Part shown: positions 1 through 9,398 of the stretch, piece by piece
Numbering within the stretch: position 1 is the first letter of the stretch
How the letters are laid out: each line of letters begins with the position of its first letter
NCBI GenBank assembly: GCA_037443035.1
Contig: JBBIPC010000016.1
Coordinates: forward strand, 1 to 61,731
Length of the DNA: 61,731 nt
Origin: Chthonomonadales bacterium
GTDB taxonomy: Bacteria > Armatimonadota > Chthonomonadetes > Chthonomonadales > CAJBBX01
Reading direction: 5' to 3'
Notes under the pieces: generated by a model
What the model was told of the DNA's origin: nothing
What the model saw: the letters and a program-made list of their open reading frames with translations, nothing else
Database searches by the model: none
Made by a program: the position numbers and the translations under genes

Positions 1-166
1 GCCGAGCCGGCTGCGCTACGGTCGGTTTTCTCGTAGCGCAGGCGTCCCGCCTGCAAAGCGTCGTCTGCGTGCAGCCGAGCCGGCTGCGCTACGGTCGGTT
101 TTCTCGTAGCGCAGGCGTCCCGCCTGCAAAGCGTAGTCTGCGTGCAGCCGAGCCGGCTGCGCTACG
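1..166. repeat. GTAG-type REP/BIME (REPIN-like) tandem array, 73-bp period, truncated by the window start
   Basis: Units start at 1, 74 and 147. Each contains GTAGC-GCAGGCG-TCC-CGCCTGC-A (33-55, +) and the inverted GTAGC-GCAGCCG-GCT-CGGCTGC-A (70-92, -). It lies just downstream of the dgoD stop. Confidence 0.85.
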
Positions 167-188
167 CGAAACGTAACGCTGGAGGTAA

Positions 189-1292
189 TCACCAATCGCA
201 GACAGAGCCGTCCTGCTCGTCGTATAGCTCCGGACAGTGCCACAGTTCATCGGTCCGCTTGTCGGCTATCGCGTCCTCGTCCAGCTCGATGCCGAGTCCG
301 GGTCCTTCAGGCAGTAGGACGTATCCGTCTCGCAACTCGAAAGGCCGCTTCAGATAGCCCTCCCCCAGAGTCACATGTTCCTGGGCCAAGAAGTTAGGGA
401 TGGCCGCATCCAGGTGCAAGCAAGCGGCCAGTGCGATGGGTCCGAGCGGACAATGGGGCGCCACTGCAGCGTAATAGCTTTCCGCCATACCTGCGATGAT
501 GCGGCATTCCATGAGCCCACCGGCATGGGACAGATCCGGTTGCACCACGGACGCGGCGCGCTTCTGCAGAAGGTCACGGAAACCCCACTTCGTATACAAA
601 CGTTCCCCAGCGGCGATGGGAATATGCGTTTTGCGTGCCAGATCGGCGAGGACGTCCACGTTCTGGCACTGAACCGGTTCCTCCACGAAAAACGGCTGAT
701 ACGGCTCCAGTGCCTCGATGAGGAGCCCTGCTGTCTGGGGACTGATAGCCCCATGGAAGTCGATGGCGATATCCACGTCCTTGCCCACGGCTTCGCGCAT
801 GGCGGCGAAGCGCTCCTCCACGCGTTCCACGTAACCCATGGTCTCGATCATGCGTGCGGGCCGCCCGCCGCTCACCCCTGTCTTGATCGCAGTGAAACCT
901 CGCTCCACGCACTGCCGAGCGCTGTTGGCCGCCTCCTCAGTGGTGGATCCACCGGCACCGGCATACATTCTTATTCGGTCCCGCGTGGGCCCGCCGAGCA
1001 TGGCATACACCGGCAGTCCTGCAGCTTTTCCAGCGATGTCCCAGAGCGCTTGCTCGACGCCGGAAAGTGCACTCGTCAGTATGGGACCTCCGCGATAGAA
1101 CGCATGCCGGTACATGGCCTGCCAGTGGTGGACAATGCGCCGGGGGTCCTTGCCGAGCAGATAGGGCTCGAGCTCTCGTACGGCAGCCATGCATGTGGCG
1201 ACGCGTCCTTCCAGGATCGGTTCGCCAAGGCCCGTGATTCCCTCGTCCGTATGAACGCGCAGAAAAAGCCACCTCGGCTTTACGCAGAACAT
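189..1292 (-). CDS. dgoD: Galactonate dehydratase (mandelate racemase/enolase superfamily); homology extends to 1313
   Basis: Motifs PRWLFLRVHTDEGITGLGEP, FYRGGPILTSALSGVEQALWDI, IDFHG, EEP, GERLY, QPDLSHAGG, APHCPLGPI and the C-terminal DGSVCDW. Confidence 0.85.
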   Translation of the reverse strand: MFCVKPRWLFLRVHTDEGITGLGEPILEGRVATCMAAVRELEPYLLGKDPRRIVHHWQAMYRHAFYRGGPILTSALSGVEQALWDIAGKAAGLPVYAMLGGPTRDRIRMYAGAGGSTTEEAANSARQCVERGFTAIKTGVSGGRPARMIETMGYVERVEERFAAMREAVGKDVDIAIDFHGAISPQTAGLLIEALEPYQPFFVEEPVQCQNVDVLADLARKTHIPIAAGERLYTKWGFRDLLQKRAASVVQPDLSHAGGLMECRIIAGMAESYYAAVAPHCPLGPIALAACLHLDAAIPNFLAQEHVTLGEGYLKRPFELRDGYVLLPEGPGLGIELDEDAIADKRTDELWHCPELYDEQDGSVCDW

Positions 1293-1381
1293 CTCGAGGC
1301 CAGTGATTCTTACGGCGGCGCCTCCGTTGACCTATTGTGCCCCACGTTCATCCGTCTTGTGCTTGTCTGAGAACTCCGTTT

Positions 1382-2782
1382 TCACGGTACGGTATCGGGG
1401 GCGGGACTGCTCTTCACCATCCGTAGCAGGTTTTCGATGAGAATCTCGCCGGTCATTTCGCCCAGACTGACCCTGGAGACGTACTCGTAGCGTGGGAAGC
1501 TCCTATAGTCCACCTTCGTAAGTATGTAACCGAAGGCATCGTTGGTCAGGCCGAAGAGCATGTTGTTCTTGCCACGCATGTTCCGCTTCAAATAGAAACC
1601 TATGTTCGGTAGAGCCTCGCCCGGGATGGTCAGCACCTGGGTGTCGCCAATGTTCAGCAGATTCAGGCGTGTTTCGATCGTCCGATCCGAACCGTGGGGA
1701 TACTTCAGCGGCGAGAGTGTCACGACGGACCACAGCTCGGGCGATTCGACCGGGAACTTAACCACGGCGCTCCTACAGAACAGACCGGGCTTCTCCTGGA
1801 CCTGCGCTCCCTGGATGATCCTGAGCGCTTCGTCTGCCATGGTGTTTCCGATGCGTAGGCACTCGTCCCACGTGCGACTGTCCTCCCAGTATGCGCGTTG
1901 TGGATCCTTGGGTCGGTCCAGAATACGGTTGTCCGCCGTGACCATTCCGCCCTGGGCACTGTTCATGAACATTGCCACGCCGCCGGTTCGCTCTTCGATG
2001 CGGTCGTAGAGCGGCCCGCAGAGATCGGGGCTGAGGATACCCACCTCGCTTCCCAGCACTTCAGGATGGATCGCGTAGTTCACGAGGGTGGCCATGGGCT
2101 TGCCGTCGGCTCCCACCGCCTGGAGCACGACCATGCGCCGGTCGTAGAGATCCGGTGCGTAGTAGTTGTAGGCAATCTTCCCCTGGGCCTCGCCGGTGGC
2201 AACACGAATACGCGCAGGACGCGCCGAATCGATCGCCTCGTTGATGGCCTCGGCCGCGAGCACACATACACGGTCCATGTACTTCAGATCGCCGGTGTGA
2301 CCACCGCCTGGAATGGGAAATGCATAGCAGTCCGGAGCGCTGTGCGTGTGAGTCGAACCGATAATGATGTTCGTGGCAGGCAGCCTTGGGACACGGGCGC
2401 GCACGCGGTCGCAGAGCACTCCAGGAAAGCCCAGGAGGTCCAGGCTGACGATCGCTACCCCTACGTCTCCCCGACGTAGATAGAAGGCCCTGGCGGTGAT
2501 GTCGCCCCGCTTCTCGCGAACCGGATTGGGGATGCCCATGCCTCCTGTGACGGGCAGGAGCGGATCGGGGGTGATGATGCGTTTGCCAGTCCCTACAAGG
2601 AAAGTTTCCCTTGCCTGCACGCCCGATGCCGGCATGCCAAGTGCCAGCGAAGCCCCTGCAGCGAGTGTTCCTCCCATGAGTTCTCTCCTAGTCATGCCGG
2701 CATTGCCTGGCGGACGTCTCTGCGGTTCGCCTTCGACCTGTGTCGGGTTCCCCGCCTCGTCCATGGTTTCCTCGCGCGCCAT
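1382..2782 (-). CDS. Tat-exported neutral/alkaline ceramidase-like amidohydrolase
   Basis: TRRELM twin-arginine signal; STHTHSAPD, NYAIHPEV, SAQGG and TIPGE motifs; AGGAGG RBS at 2791-2796. Confidence 0.75.
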   Translation of the reverse strand: MAREETMDEAGNPTQVEGEPQRRPPGNAGMTRRELMGGTLAAGASLALGMPASGVQARETFLVGTGKRIITPDPLLPVTGGMGIPNPVREKRGDITARAFYLRRGDVGVAIVSLDLLGFPGVLCDRVRARVPRLPATNIIIGSTHTHSAPDCYAFPIPGGGHTGDLKYMDRVCVLAAEAINEAIDSARPARIRVATGEAQGKIAYNYYAPDLYDRRMVVLQAVGADGKPMATLVNYAIHPEVLGSEVGILSPDLCGPLYDRIEERTGGVAMFMNSAQGGMVTADNRILDRPKDPQRAYWEDSRTWDECLRIGNTMADEALRIIQGAQVQEKPGLFCRSAVVKFPVESPELWSVVTLSPLKYPHGSDRTIETRLNLLNIGDTQVLTIPGEALPNIGFYLKRNMRGKNNMLFGLTNDAFGYILTKVDYRSFPRYEYVSRVSLGEMTGEILIENLLRMVKSSPAPDTVP

Positions 2783-3154
2783 GTGGCTTACCTCCTATCC
2801 TCACGCATTGCCGAAATCGTCGAAGTTGCCGGGTCCCGCACTGAACCCATGTCTGCAACTACCTCGTCCCTGACGCATCGAACTCTAGCTCGCCGTGCTA
2901 CCATTGTGGCCCTTCGGGGGCCTTGCGTACCATGCGCACGCGATGCCTGATGGCACGTCTGGTCAGTCGTAGTATTCCCTACGCATGGCACGTCGCCCTT
3001 CTGTGTACATGGCAGCTCCTGCCCGCTCGGCGCGGCATGGGCGCCCACCCCATGGAGGACGACTGGTTGGACGGCCGGTTCTGCGCAGTCTACGCGAGCA
3101 TCAACCGCTGACATTACTCCCGAAAGCCCGAATGCGATGTTGGCGACTGAGCGG

Positions 3155-3186
3155 TGACCCTCCGGGCGGTGGTATGCTGAGGGTCA
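3155..3186 (+). promoter_or_regulatory. Extended -10 promoter (TGGTATGCT, 3170-3178) bracketed by the inverted repeat TGACCCTC-N16-GAGGGTCA
   Basis: Seen directly upstream of the GGAGGAGGAG RBS and ATG 3205. Confidence 0.45.
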
Positions 3187-3204
3187 GGTAGAAGGAGGAG
3201 GAGC

Positions 3205-4500
3205 ATGCGTATTCGAGTCAGCGCGAACAAGCGATTCCTTGTAAGAGAAGGCAATAGGCCCTTCTTCTATTTGGGGGACACTGCGTGGGAGCTGTTCCAC
3301 CGGCTCAAACGGGAAGAGGCCGAACTCTATCTCCAAGATAGGGCGTCCAAGGGTTTCACTGTCATTCAGGCGGTCGTGCTGGCCGAACTCGATGGTCTGC
3401 ACGCCCCCAATCCCTATGGAGATACGCCCCTCGAGGACGACGATCCCGCTAAGCCGAACGAACGGTATTTTCAGCACGTGGACTGGATCGTTCAGCGAGC
3501 GAATGCGCTCGGACTTCATATCGGCATGCTCCCGACGTGGGGTGACAAGGTCAACAAGAAATGGGGAGTCGGGCCGGAGATATTCACAGCGGAAAATGCT
3601 CAAGCCTACGGCGCGTTTCTCGGCAGACGGTACAAGGCTGAAGATATCATCTGGATCCTAGGCGGTGACCGCCCCATCGAGGCGGAACGCCACCTGCAGA
3701 TCTGGCGTGCCATGGCTGCTGGTATCCGCCAGGGAGACGGCGGAGCGCATCTCATCACCTACCATCCCATGGGATGGCAGTCGTCCGCGCAGTGGCTCCA
3801 CGCAGAACCGTGGTTGGACTTCAACATGATCCAGTCGGGCCATAGCAGGCGCAACACCCCCAACTACGAGATGCTCCAGAAGGACTATCAGCGCCAGCCT
3901 ACCAAGCCGTGCATGGATGGTGAACCGAACTACGAAGATCATCCTGTCAACTGGAAGGAAGATGACGGATATTTCGATGCCTACGACGTCCGAAAGCTGG
4001 CGTACTGGGGGCTTTTCGCGGGTGCCCACGGTCACACCTATGGGGCTCAACCCATATGGCAAATGTGGGCGCCGCCAAGGCAGAAGGTCTCCTACGTACG
4101 GCGCACCTGGAAGGAAGCCCTGGCGCTGCCAGGATCGGGTCAGGTGCGGCACGCCAAGCGTCTGTTACTTTCCCGACCGTATCTGACGCGCGTACCTGAT
4201 CGAACCATCGTGGCTTCCGATACTGGCAAGGACGGCGAGCACATTCAGGCGACTCGGGACGTGAAGGGCAGTTACGCTTTCGTGTACTTGCCAGTGGGTC
4301 AACCGGTCAGCGTGGATACAGGCCGTCTGAACGCCCGCCGCATCCGAGCATGGTGGTACGACCCGCGCACAGGTCGTTCCCAAGATGGAGGCGAACATGC
4401 CGCTGGAGGCACCATCGGGTTCGCACCTCCCTCCTCCGGCGCGGGCAATGACTGGATACTCGTATTGGACGACACGCAGGCCCGGTACAAAGCACCGTAA
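3205..4500 (+). CDS. GH140 (DUF4038, apiosidase-like) glycoside hydrolase with C-terminal putative collagen-binding domain
   Basis: PFFYLGDTAWELFHRL, KGFTVIQAVVLAE, WILGGDR, DFNMIQSGH, DGEPNYEDHP, GHTYG, WYDPRTG and DWILVL motifs. Confidence 0.85.
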   Translation: MRIRVSANKRFLVREGNRPFFYLGDTAWELFHRLKREEAELYLQDRASKGFTVIQAVVLAELDGLHAPNPYGDTPLEDDDPAKPNERYFQHVDWIVQRANALGLHIGMLPTWGDKVNKKWGVGPEIFTAENAQAYGAFLGRRYKAEDIIWILGGDRPIEAERHLQIWRAMAAGIRQGDGGAHLITYHPMGWQSSAQWLHAEPWLDFNMIQSGHSRRNTPNYEMLQKDYQRQPTKPCMDGEPNYEDHPVNWKEDDGYFDAYDVRKLAYWGLFAGAHGHTYGAQPIWQMWAPPRQKVSYVRRTWKEALALPGSGQVRHAKRLLLSRPYLTRVPDRTIVASDTGKDGEHIQATRDVKGSYAFVYLPVGQPVSVDTGRLNARRIRAWWYDPRTGRSQDGGEHAAGGTIGFAPPSSGAGNDWILVLDDTQARYKAP

Positions 4501-4536
4501 AGCCCCAGCGGGTACGAACCCACGCGGCCAGTTTGC

Positions 4537-7500
4537 CTAGGGCCTTAGGAAAACGCTGAGTGCTTGACCAGCGCGGAGGGTAACCGGTTTCTCGAACACG
4601 ATAACGACCTCTTTCCCGCGATGTTGGGTGGTGACGGGCACCGTGCGCCTTCCTACCGTGACGGTCACGCTGCGTACCTGGCCACCAACCTCTAGGCTCA
4701 GGGATGCGACTTCCAGCTTGCCATGGACTACCTTGACAGTGTCCTTCTGGGTACCGGCCGAACGGCTCTGCGCGAACGTTCCCCATCCTTCAGGCCCGAG
4801 GAAGAACGCCCGCAGGTTGTCTGGCGTTACCCGAGGCACGAACTTCAGCGCTCGTCGCGGTGCATCGTACTCGAAGCCCGTTGCGGCCAACAGCAGCGAC
4901 CAAGAGGACATGGCACGCGCATAGTGTCCGCCGCATTCGATCTCGTTCCATGGGTTACGCGGGATCGGCGGTCGAGGCACGCCGTCGTACCGTTCCCGTG
5001 CACCTCGGACGATCTCCATACCCTCCCGGACCATGCCTTCATAGATCAAGTGAGCCGCCACCTGGTATTCGATCCCAGTCCATACTTCGTCGGAGTACAG
5101 CATGACGTGCGGAGGTCGCCCGCCCTTAGGCCAGGTGACGATCATCAGCCCCTTGTCATGATCGCCTGCGAACGCCCGTGGCATGTGCTGCCAGCCGGTA
5201 AGATCGGTCATCCAGTTGTACTTGAAGACCGAGCGAAGCGCCGACTTGACCTTGTCCTCGGGAAGGATGTAGCCGAGACCGAGCTGATGCGCCCACCACT
5301 GGCCGATAAGCTGGTCGGCCATGCATCCCGGCCCGACTTCTCCTGGCATGGTCTCGTATCCGGGAAGGTTCTGGCGGAAGTATTCGCCCTCCCAGCATAG
5401 CTCCACGAGGCGCTGGCGTCCCTTCTCGAAAACGGCCCGAAACCGGTCCGCGGTCTCGATATCTCCCATACGGCGGGCCCACTCCTCGCCGGCGCGAAGA
5501 GCTGCAAGGTAATAGCCGCTGATGAACGTCGTTACGCCGTGGAGTGCCTCATCGTAGGTGTTCCACTGATCGTCTTCGAGGACACCGTCGGGGGTTCCGC
5601 CGCTTGTCGCAGCGTCGCGGTTGATGAGGTACTCCACCGCACGCTTGATATGGGGCCAGTACTCCGCCATCCATCTTTGATCCGGGCAGTTCAGTGCCTC
5701 ACGATACGCTTTTAGAATACAGCTCGCATGGCCGTCTGCGAAAGGCTGCTCGCCGGTGGGTCTGGGCGGCGAAGGCACTTCGGTCCGATTGTTCACGCCA
5801 CCGTCCTGGCGTTGCTGGTGCTTGAAGTCAATGCGGCGCATCATCCGCTCGAGGTCAGGAAACATGCGCGAGAGGGTCTGTTCGTAGCCCCAGACATGCG
5901 TGCACGTGGGCTGGCAGCATCCATTGGAGCCTTCCCATCCGAAGATGTCTCCATTGGCCAACCGGAACACGACTCCGACATGTCGGATAATGGCGGCGTT
6001 AGCGGTTAGGCAATCGAGAAACCAGTAAGGCAGCGTGCTGTCGTAGAACGTCTTCCGGAACAGTTCCGTCATCCGTCTGAGCTCCGCGAATCGGCCGACG
6101 ATCTCCCGCGTGACGTCCTGTACGCTCTTCCACTCCTGAGCGTAGTGATTCCCTAGCGGTACTCCCTGTCGCGTGTACTTGTTCGGATAGCGCCATGTCA
6201 GCACGAATGGCACTTCTAGAGTCTCGCCTGGGCGTACCGTCACGGTGGTGGCCACGGCACCATTGATCGTCGTGCCCACAGGCGAAGGCGAGGATGCGGG
6301 GCGTTCGCTAGAGTCGAACCGACCGAGTCTGGTGAACCGGCTCCAGGCCGTGTCCCAATCGCGAGCATCCCTGAGGGCTGTGGATCCCGCCGTCAGCGCC
6401 GCTAGCTCCAACTCACCGACCCCGGGAGCCTTCGGATGCAGTCCTCGCGGCGCAACGTACTTCGCACCCACAAGGCCGCACAGGACCTCGTAGGCACGTT
6501 GCCGGGATGCCACGAACCCGGCACGCTGGGCGGGCAGGAGACCAGCGCACAGGAGAACGACCCTACCTTTCCCCAAGGGACGTGTGACAGCCGAGAGACC
6601 TGAGGCGGTCTGCTCTGTCGTCGCGCCTTCGACCAGCGAGAGAGGCGAATAGCGCACCGGCACTAGACCCGAAGTTGGGTCTGGAGAGCCAGCGCTGACG
6701 TCAGCGAAGCGCGCCGGCAGGATATCCTCGAGCACCTGTAGGGTTTCGGCATCGCCCGGAAGGTCCGAGAACTCGATCTGGTCCACATTGATGTGGCCCC
6801 AGCCTCCTGTCGCCTCGTCTACGATCTGGATTCGGGCTTCCTTGCCTTCGAACTCTGCAACATCCCACACAGCGGGCAGCAGTCTCTCGTCGTTCTTCCC
6901 AGACGCGCTTCGAACAACTCGGCCGTCCACGACCAGCCGGATCTGCGTCTGAGCTGATGCTCCTCCTCCCACAAGGAACTGAATGTAGCGCCGCTCGATC
7001 TTGAACGGCTTGCTCAGCATGCGCCCCGTAGTACCGTCGCCGTTCAAGTAGGAGTTGACAAGGCCTTTGCCGACAAAGCCGGACACACGCTGCTGATTAG
7101 GGAGGGTGCCCTTTGCGGGTGCCGTGCCGAACGCATCCCCTTCGACGGTCCAGCCTTCGTAGCTCCCCTCGAAATCCTCGAACACGATGGTAGGACGCTG
7201 GGGCGCATCCGCCAGCGCACGTCCGCGCGTGGCATAGCCGTAGGCTTTCAGCAGCGGAACGCTCGCTCCAGAGAACACGAGCGTAGCGCCCGCGCGCGCA
7301 GCCTCGGCCATGCGACGGAGCAGCGACGCCGGCAAGTCCACCGGAGGGTCTTCGAGCCAGACGATCGTCTTCTGTTGCGGCGCGTCGGGAGGGATCTCAG
7401 AGAGGTTCGCCACTGATAAGTTGTCCGGCCTGTCCCTGAACGGTGTGTCTAGAGCGCCGGCATCGACGTTCGTGTAGATGCTCACAGGTTGGTCCAGGCT

Positions 7501-8253
7501 CGGCACCGAGCCTAGCTGGGCGGCCATGCGGAGGACTGTGGCGGGACCTTCGCGTCGGACGGAGTTCGTATTGCCCCCGAACTGATCGTGACTGTTGCCG
7601 GAGGGTACGCCGACGGCCTCGTACCCCACGGGGTTCTGTATGAAACCCGCAAGGGATACCTGCTGAGGCGTCTTGCCCGAGTTACGGACACGAAAGACGA
7701 AAACAGCAGCCGGTATGGACGAGAGACGCGTCTCCAGAGGGGCGAAAGGACTGAATGCCTCGAGCTCCACGTGGACGGGCAAGGCGGGATCCGAGAAGGA
7801 TAGGAACGCGAAGGGGTATTCCCCACGCATGGTAATCTTCTTCACCCGCGGCCAATCTGGCCCTCCCGTGGTCTGCAGGAGGCGTGCAACATTGCCCGCA
7901 CGAATGGCGAAGTAGAAGGGGACGTGCCCATCCCGCAGGGTGTTGAAAAGCTGCCACGTGGTTAGCTGGCCGTCCGCACCGATCTCGAAGTTGCCCGTAC
8001 CAATGCCTCCCAGGTGAAGTCGGGCGTCCGTGTGTGTGTCGGAAATGTAGACTCGGGGCTTACCCGGCTTCAGGAGATCGGTGCGCCACTTAGCCAGCGC
8101 ATCGGGAGCCATGGCAAAGCGCTGGGATTCTGTCTGATCAGGCTTCGCGGAAACCTCTATTGCGCCGACTCCGGCCATCGCCAGAAACTGTCGCCGGGAC
8201 AGCTCCAGCGCGGCCTTGCACTGTCCGCCAGCACAATTGCATTCACGTGGCAT
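4537..8253 (-). CDS. Tat-exported GH116 (non-lysosomal glucosylceramidase-like) glycosidase with inserted CBM-like domain
   Basis: LSRRQFL Tat motif; LGGIGTG, GWEG..CCQPTCTHVWGY, QWNTYD, DQLIGQWWA, DEVWTGIEY and NPWNEIECGGHYARAMSSW motifs. Start moved to ATG 8253. Confidence 0.85.
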   Translation of the reverse strand: MPRECNCAGGQCKAALELSRRQFLAMAGVGAIEVSAKPDQTESQRFAMAPDALAKWRTDLLKPGKPRVYISDTHTDARLHLGGIGTGNFEIGADGQLTTWQLFNTLRDGHVPFYFAIRAGNVARLLQTTGGPDWPRVKKITMRGEYPFAFLSFSDPALPVHVELEAFSPFAPLETRLSSIPAAVFVFRVRNSGKTPQQVSLAGFIQNPVGYEAVGVPSGNSHDQFGGNTNSVRREGPATVLRMAAQLGSVPSLDQPVSIYTNVDAGALDTPFRDRPDNLSVANLSEIPPDAPQQKTIVWLEDPPVDLPASLLRRMAEAARAGATLVFSGASVPLLKAYGYATRGRALADAPQRPTIVFEDFEGSYEGWTVEGDAFGTAPAKGTLPNQQRVSGFVGKGLVNSYLNGDGTTGRMLSKPFKIERRYIQFLVGGGASAQTQIRLVVDGRVVRSASGKNDERLLPAVWDVAEFEGKEARIQIVDEATGGWGHINVDQIEFSDLPGDAETLQVLEDILPARFADVSAGSPDPTSGLVPVRYSPLSLVEGATTEQTASGLSAVTRPLGKGRVVLLCAGLLPAQRAGFVASRQRAYEVLCGLVGAKYVAPRGLHPKAPGVGELELAALTAGSTALRDARDWDTAWSRFTRLGRFDSSERPASSPSPVGTTINGAVATTVTVRPGETLEVPFVLTWRYPNKYTRQGVPLGNHYAQEWKSVQDVTREIVGRFAELRRMTELFRKTFYDSTLPYWFLDCLTANAAIIRHVGVVFRLANGDIFGWEGSNGCCQPTCTHVWGYEQTLSRMFPDLERMMRRIDFKHQQRQDGGVNNRTEVPSPPRPTGEQPFADGHASCILKAYREALNCPDQRWMAEYWPHIKRAVEYLINRDAATSGGTPDGVLEDDQWNTYDEALHGVTTFISGYYLAALRAGEEWARRMGDIETADRFRAVFEKGRQRLVELCWEGEYFRQNLPGYETMPGEVGPGCMADQLIGQWWAHQLGLGYILPEDKVKSALRSVFKYNWMTDLTGWQHMPRAFAGDHDKGLMIVTWPKGGRPPHVMLYSDEVWTGIEYQVAAHLIYEGMVREGMEIVRGARERYDGVPRPPIPRNPWNEIECGGHYARAMSSWSLLLAATGFEYDAPRRALKFVPRVTPDNLRAFFLGPEGWGTFAQSRSAGTQKDTVKVVHGKLEVASLSLEVGGQVRSVTVTVGRRTVPVTTQHRGKEVVIVFEKPVTLRAGQALSVFLRP

Positions 8254-8307
8254 GGTGCTCTCTATCCCCCTCTGAGTTATCCGTCCCTGCCAGCCCTGCA
8301 ACCAGGC

Positions 8308-9390
8308 CTAGGCGCCGCAGATCTCCCTGGCGCGTTCGGCGGCATACCGGTAAGTCTCCCAAGGAACATCGGGCGGGATCAGGTGATCGAATCCCGGTAT
8401 GTACCTGCCCTTCGACACCATTCTTGCTGCCCTATCCATTTCGTGGTCCACAGCCGTTCGTCCCTCGGCAAGCGCCCTCTTGTCTAGTCCGCCTTCCATA
8501 CCCAGGGTAGGGTACTGGGACCGGAAGCCTTCGATATCGTTTCCAGCCTGCACCTCGAAGGGAAACATCATATTGATGCCGTGCTCCATGAAGATGGGTA
8601 TCAGCAGGCTGCAGTCGCCGTCGGTATCCACCGACACAATCCGCACGCCCACACGTCGGGCGAAGGCTACGATCCGGTCGTAGCAGGGCATCATGAACCG
8701 GCGTACCATGCGCGGCGATATGAGCGGCCCGTCACGCCCGGACATGTCCTCCCAGATATGGATGTGGTCAATCTGGACTACCTCGGCCACCCGTTCCCAG
8801 AGCGCTATCCACAAGGTCGTCAGATGGTCCATCATATCTGCCACGAGGTCCGGCTCGTCATGCATGGCGAAAAGGAGCCTCTCGACGCCCATGAGATCGC
8901 GAGGCGTACCGAAGACGCCGTACGGAAACCAGCCCACCTGCACCGCTTCGCCGGTGGCCTCGAGGCGCTGCCTGAACCGCGTCCAGTCCTGAGGAATGCG
9001 CCCAGGCGTGGCGGGGTCTAGGCGTGTAGCCTTCAGCGTCTCCCAGTCGCTGGCAGTCTCTACCGGATGCCGCAAGAACTCCGGCATGGAATGGCCGTCC
9101 CGCCGGTCCCTTCGTACGATTCCGCGCTCATCGCGGTGAACGATGAAACGGTCGTCCTGATCCAGAATCTCAGGAGTGAAAGGCGGGAAAATGCCTGGGC
9201 AGATCTCTGGTGCCGCGAAACTCGCGTCGAAGCCAAACTCGCGCGCGGGGTCGAGATCTGGGCGTGCTGTCTCAGCTCGCCAGCGTTCCAGCGTCTCGCC
9301 CCACGGCGCCCATCCGATGCCGACTCCATAGGGCACGCGATCCGTGGGTTCCCCCAGGAGGCACCGTACCACCCTCTCGCCAGGCCGCAT
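8308..9390 (-). CDS. Uroporphyrinogen decarboxylase/MtaA-CmuA family protein
   Basis: PRDLMGVE, IWEDMSGRDGPLISP, VDTDGD, FPFEVQAGND, GGLDKRAL and YIPGFDHLIPPDVPWE motifs. Start moved to ATG 9390, just after the upstream stop. Confidence 0.8.
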   Translation of the reverse strand: MRPGERVVRCLLGEPTDRVPYGVGIGWAPWGETLERWRAETARPDLDPAREFGFDASFAAPEICPGIFPPFTPEILDQDDRFIVHRDERGIVRRDRRDGHSMPEFLRHPVETASDWETLKATRLDPATPGRIPQDWTRFRQRLEATGEAVQVGWFPYGVFGTPRDLMGVERLLFAMHDEPDLVADMMDHLTTLWIALWERVAEVVQIDHIHIWEDMSGRDGPLISPRMVRRFMMPCYDRIVAFARRVGVRIVSVDTDGDCSLLIPIFMEHGINMMFPFEVQAGNDIEGFRSQYPTLGMEGGLDKRALAEGRTAVDHEMDRAARMVSKGRYIPGFDHLIPPDVPWETYRYAAERAREICGA

Positions 9391-9398
9391 GGAGTACG

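Noticed and set aside
1..166. Possible CRISPR array
   Set aside because: The intervening sequences are near-identical rather than unique spacers, there are no cas genes, and the structure fits REP/BIME.
2788..3191. Small ORFs in the divergent gap (2788-3114, 2923-3111, 2985-3191)
   Set aside because: No RBS or motif support; more likely promoter DNA.
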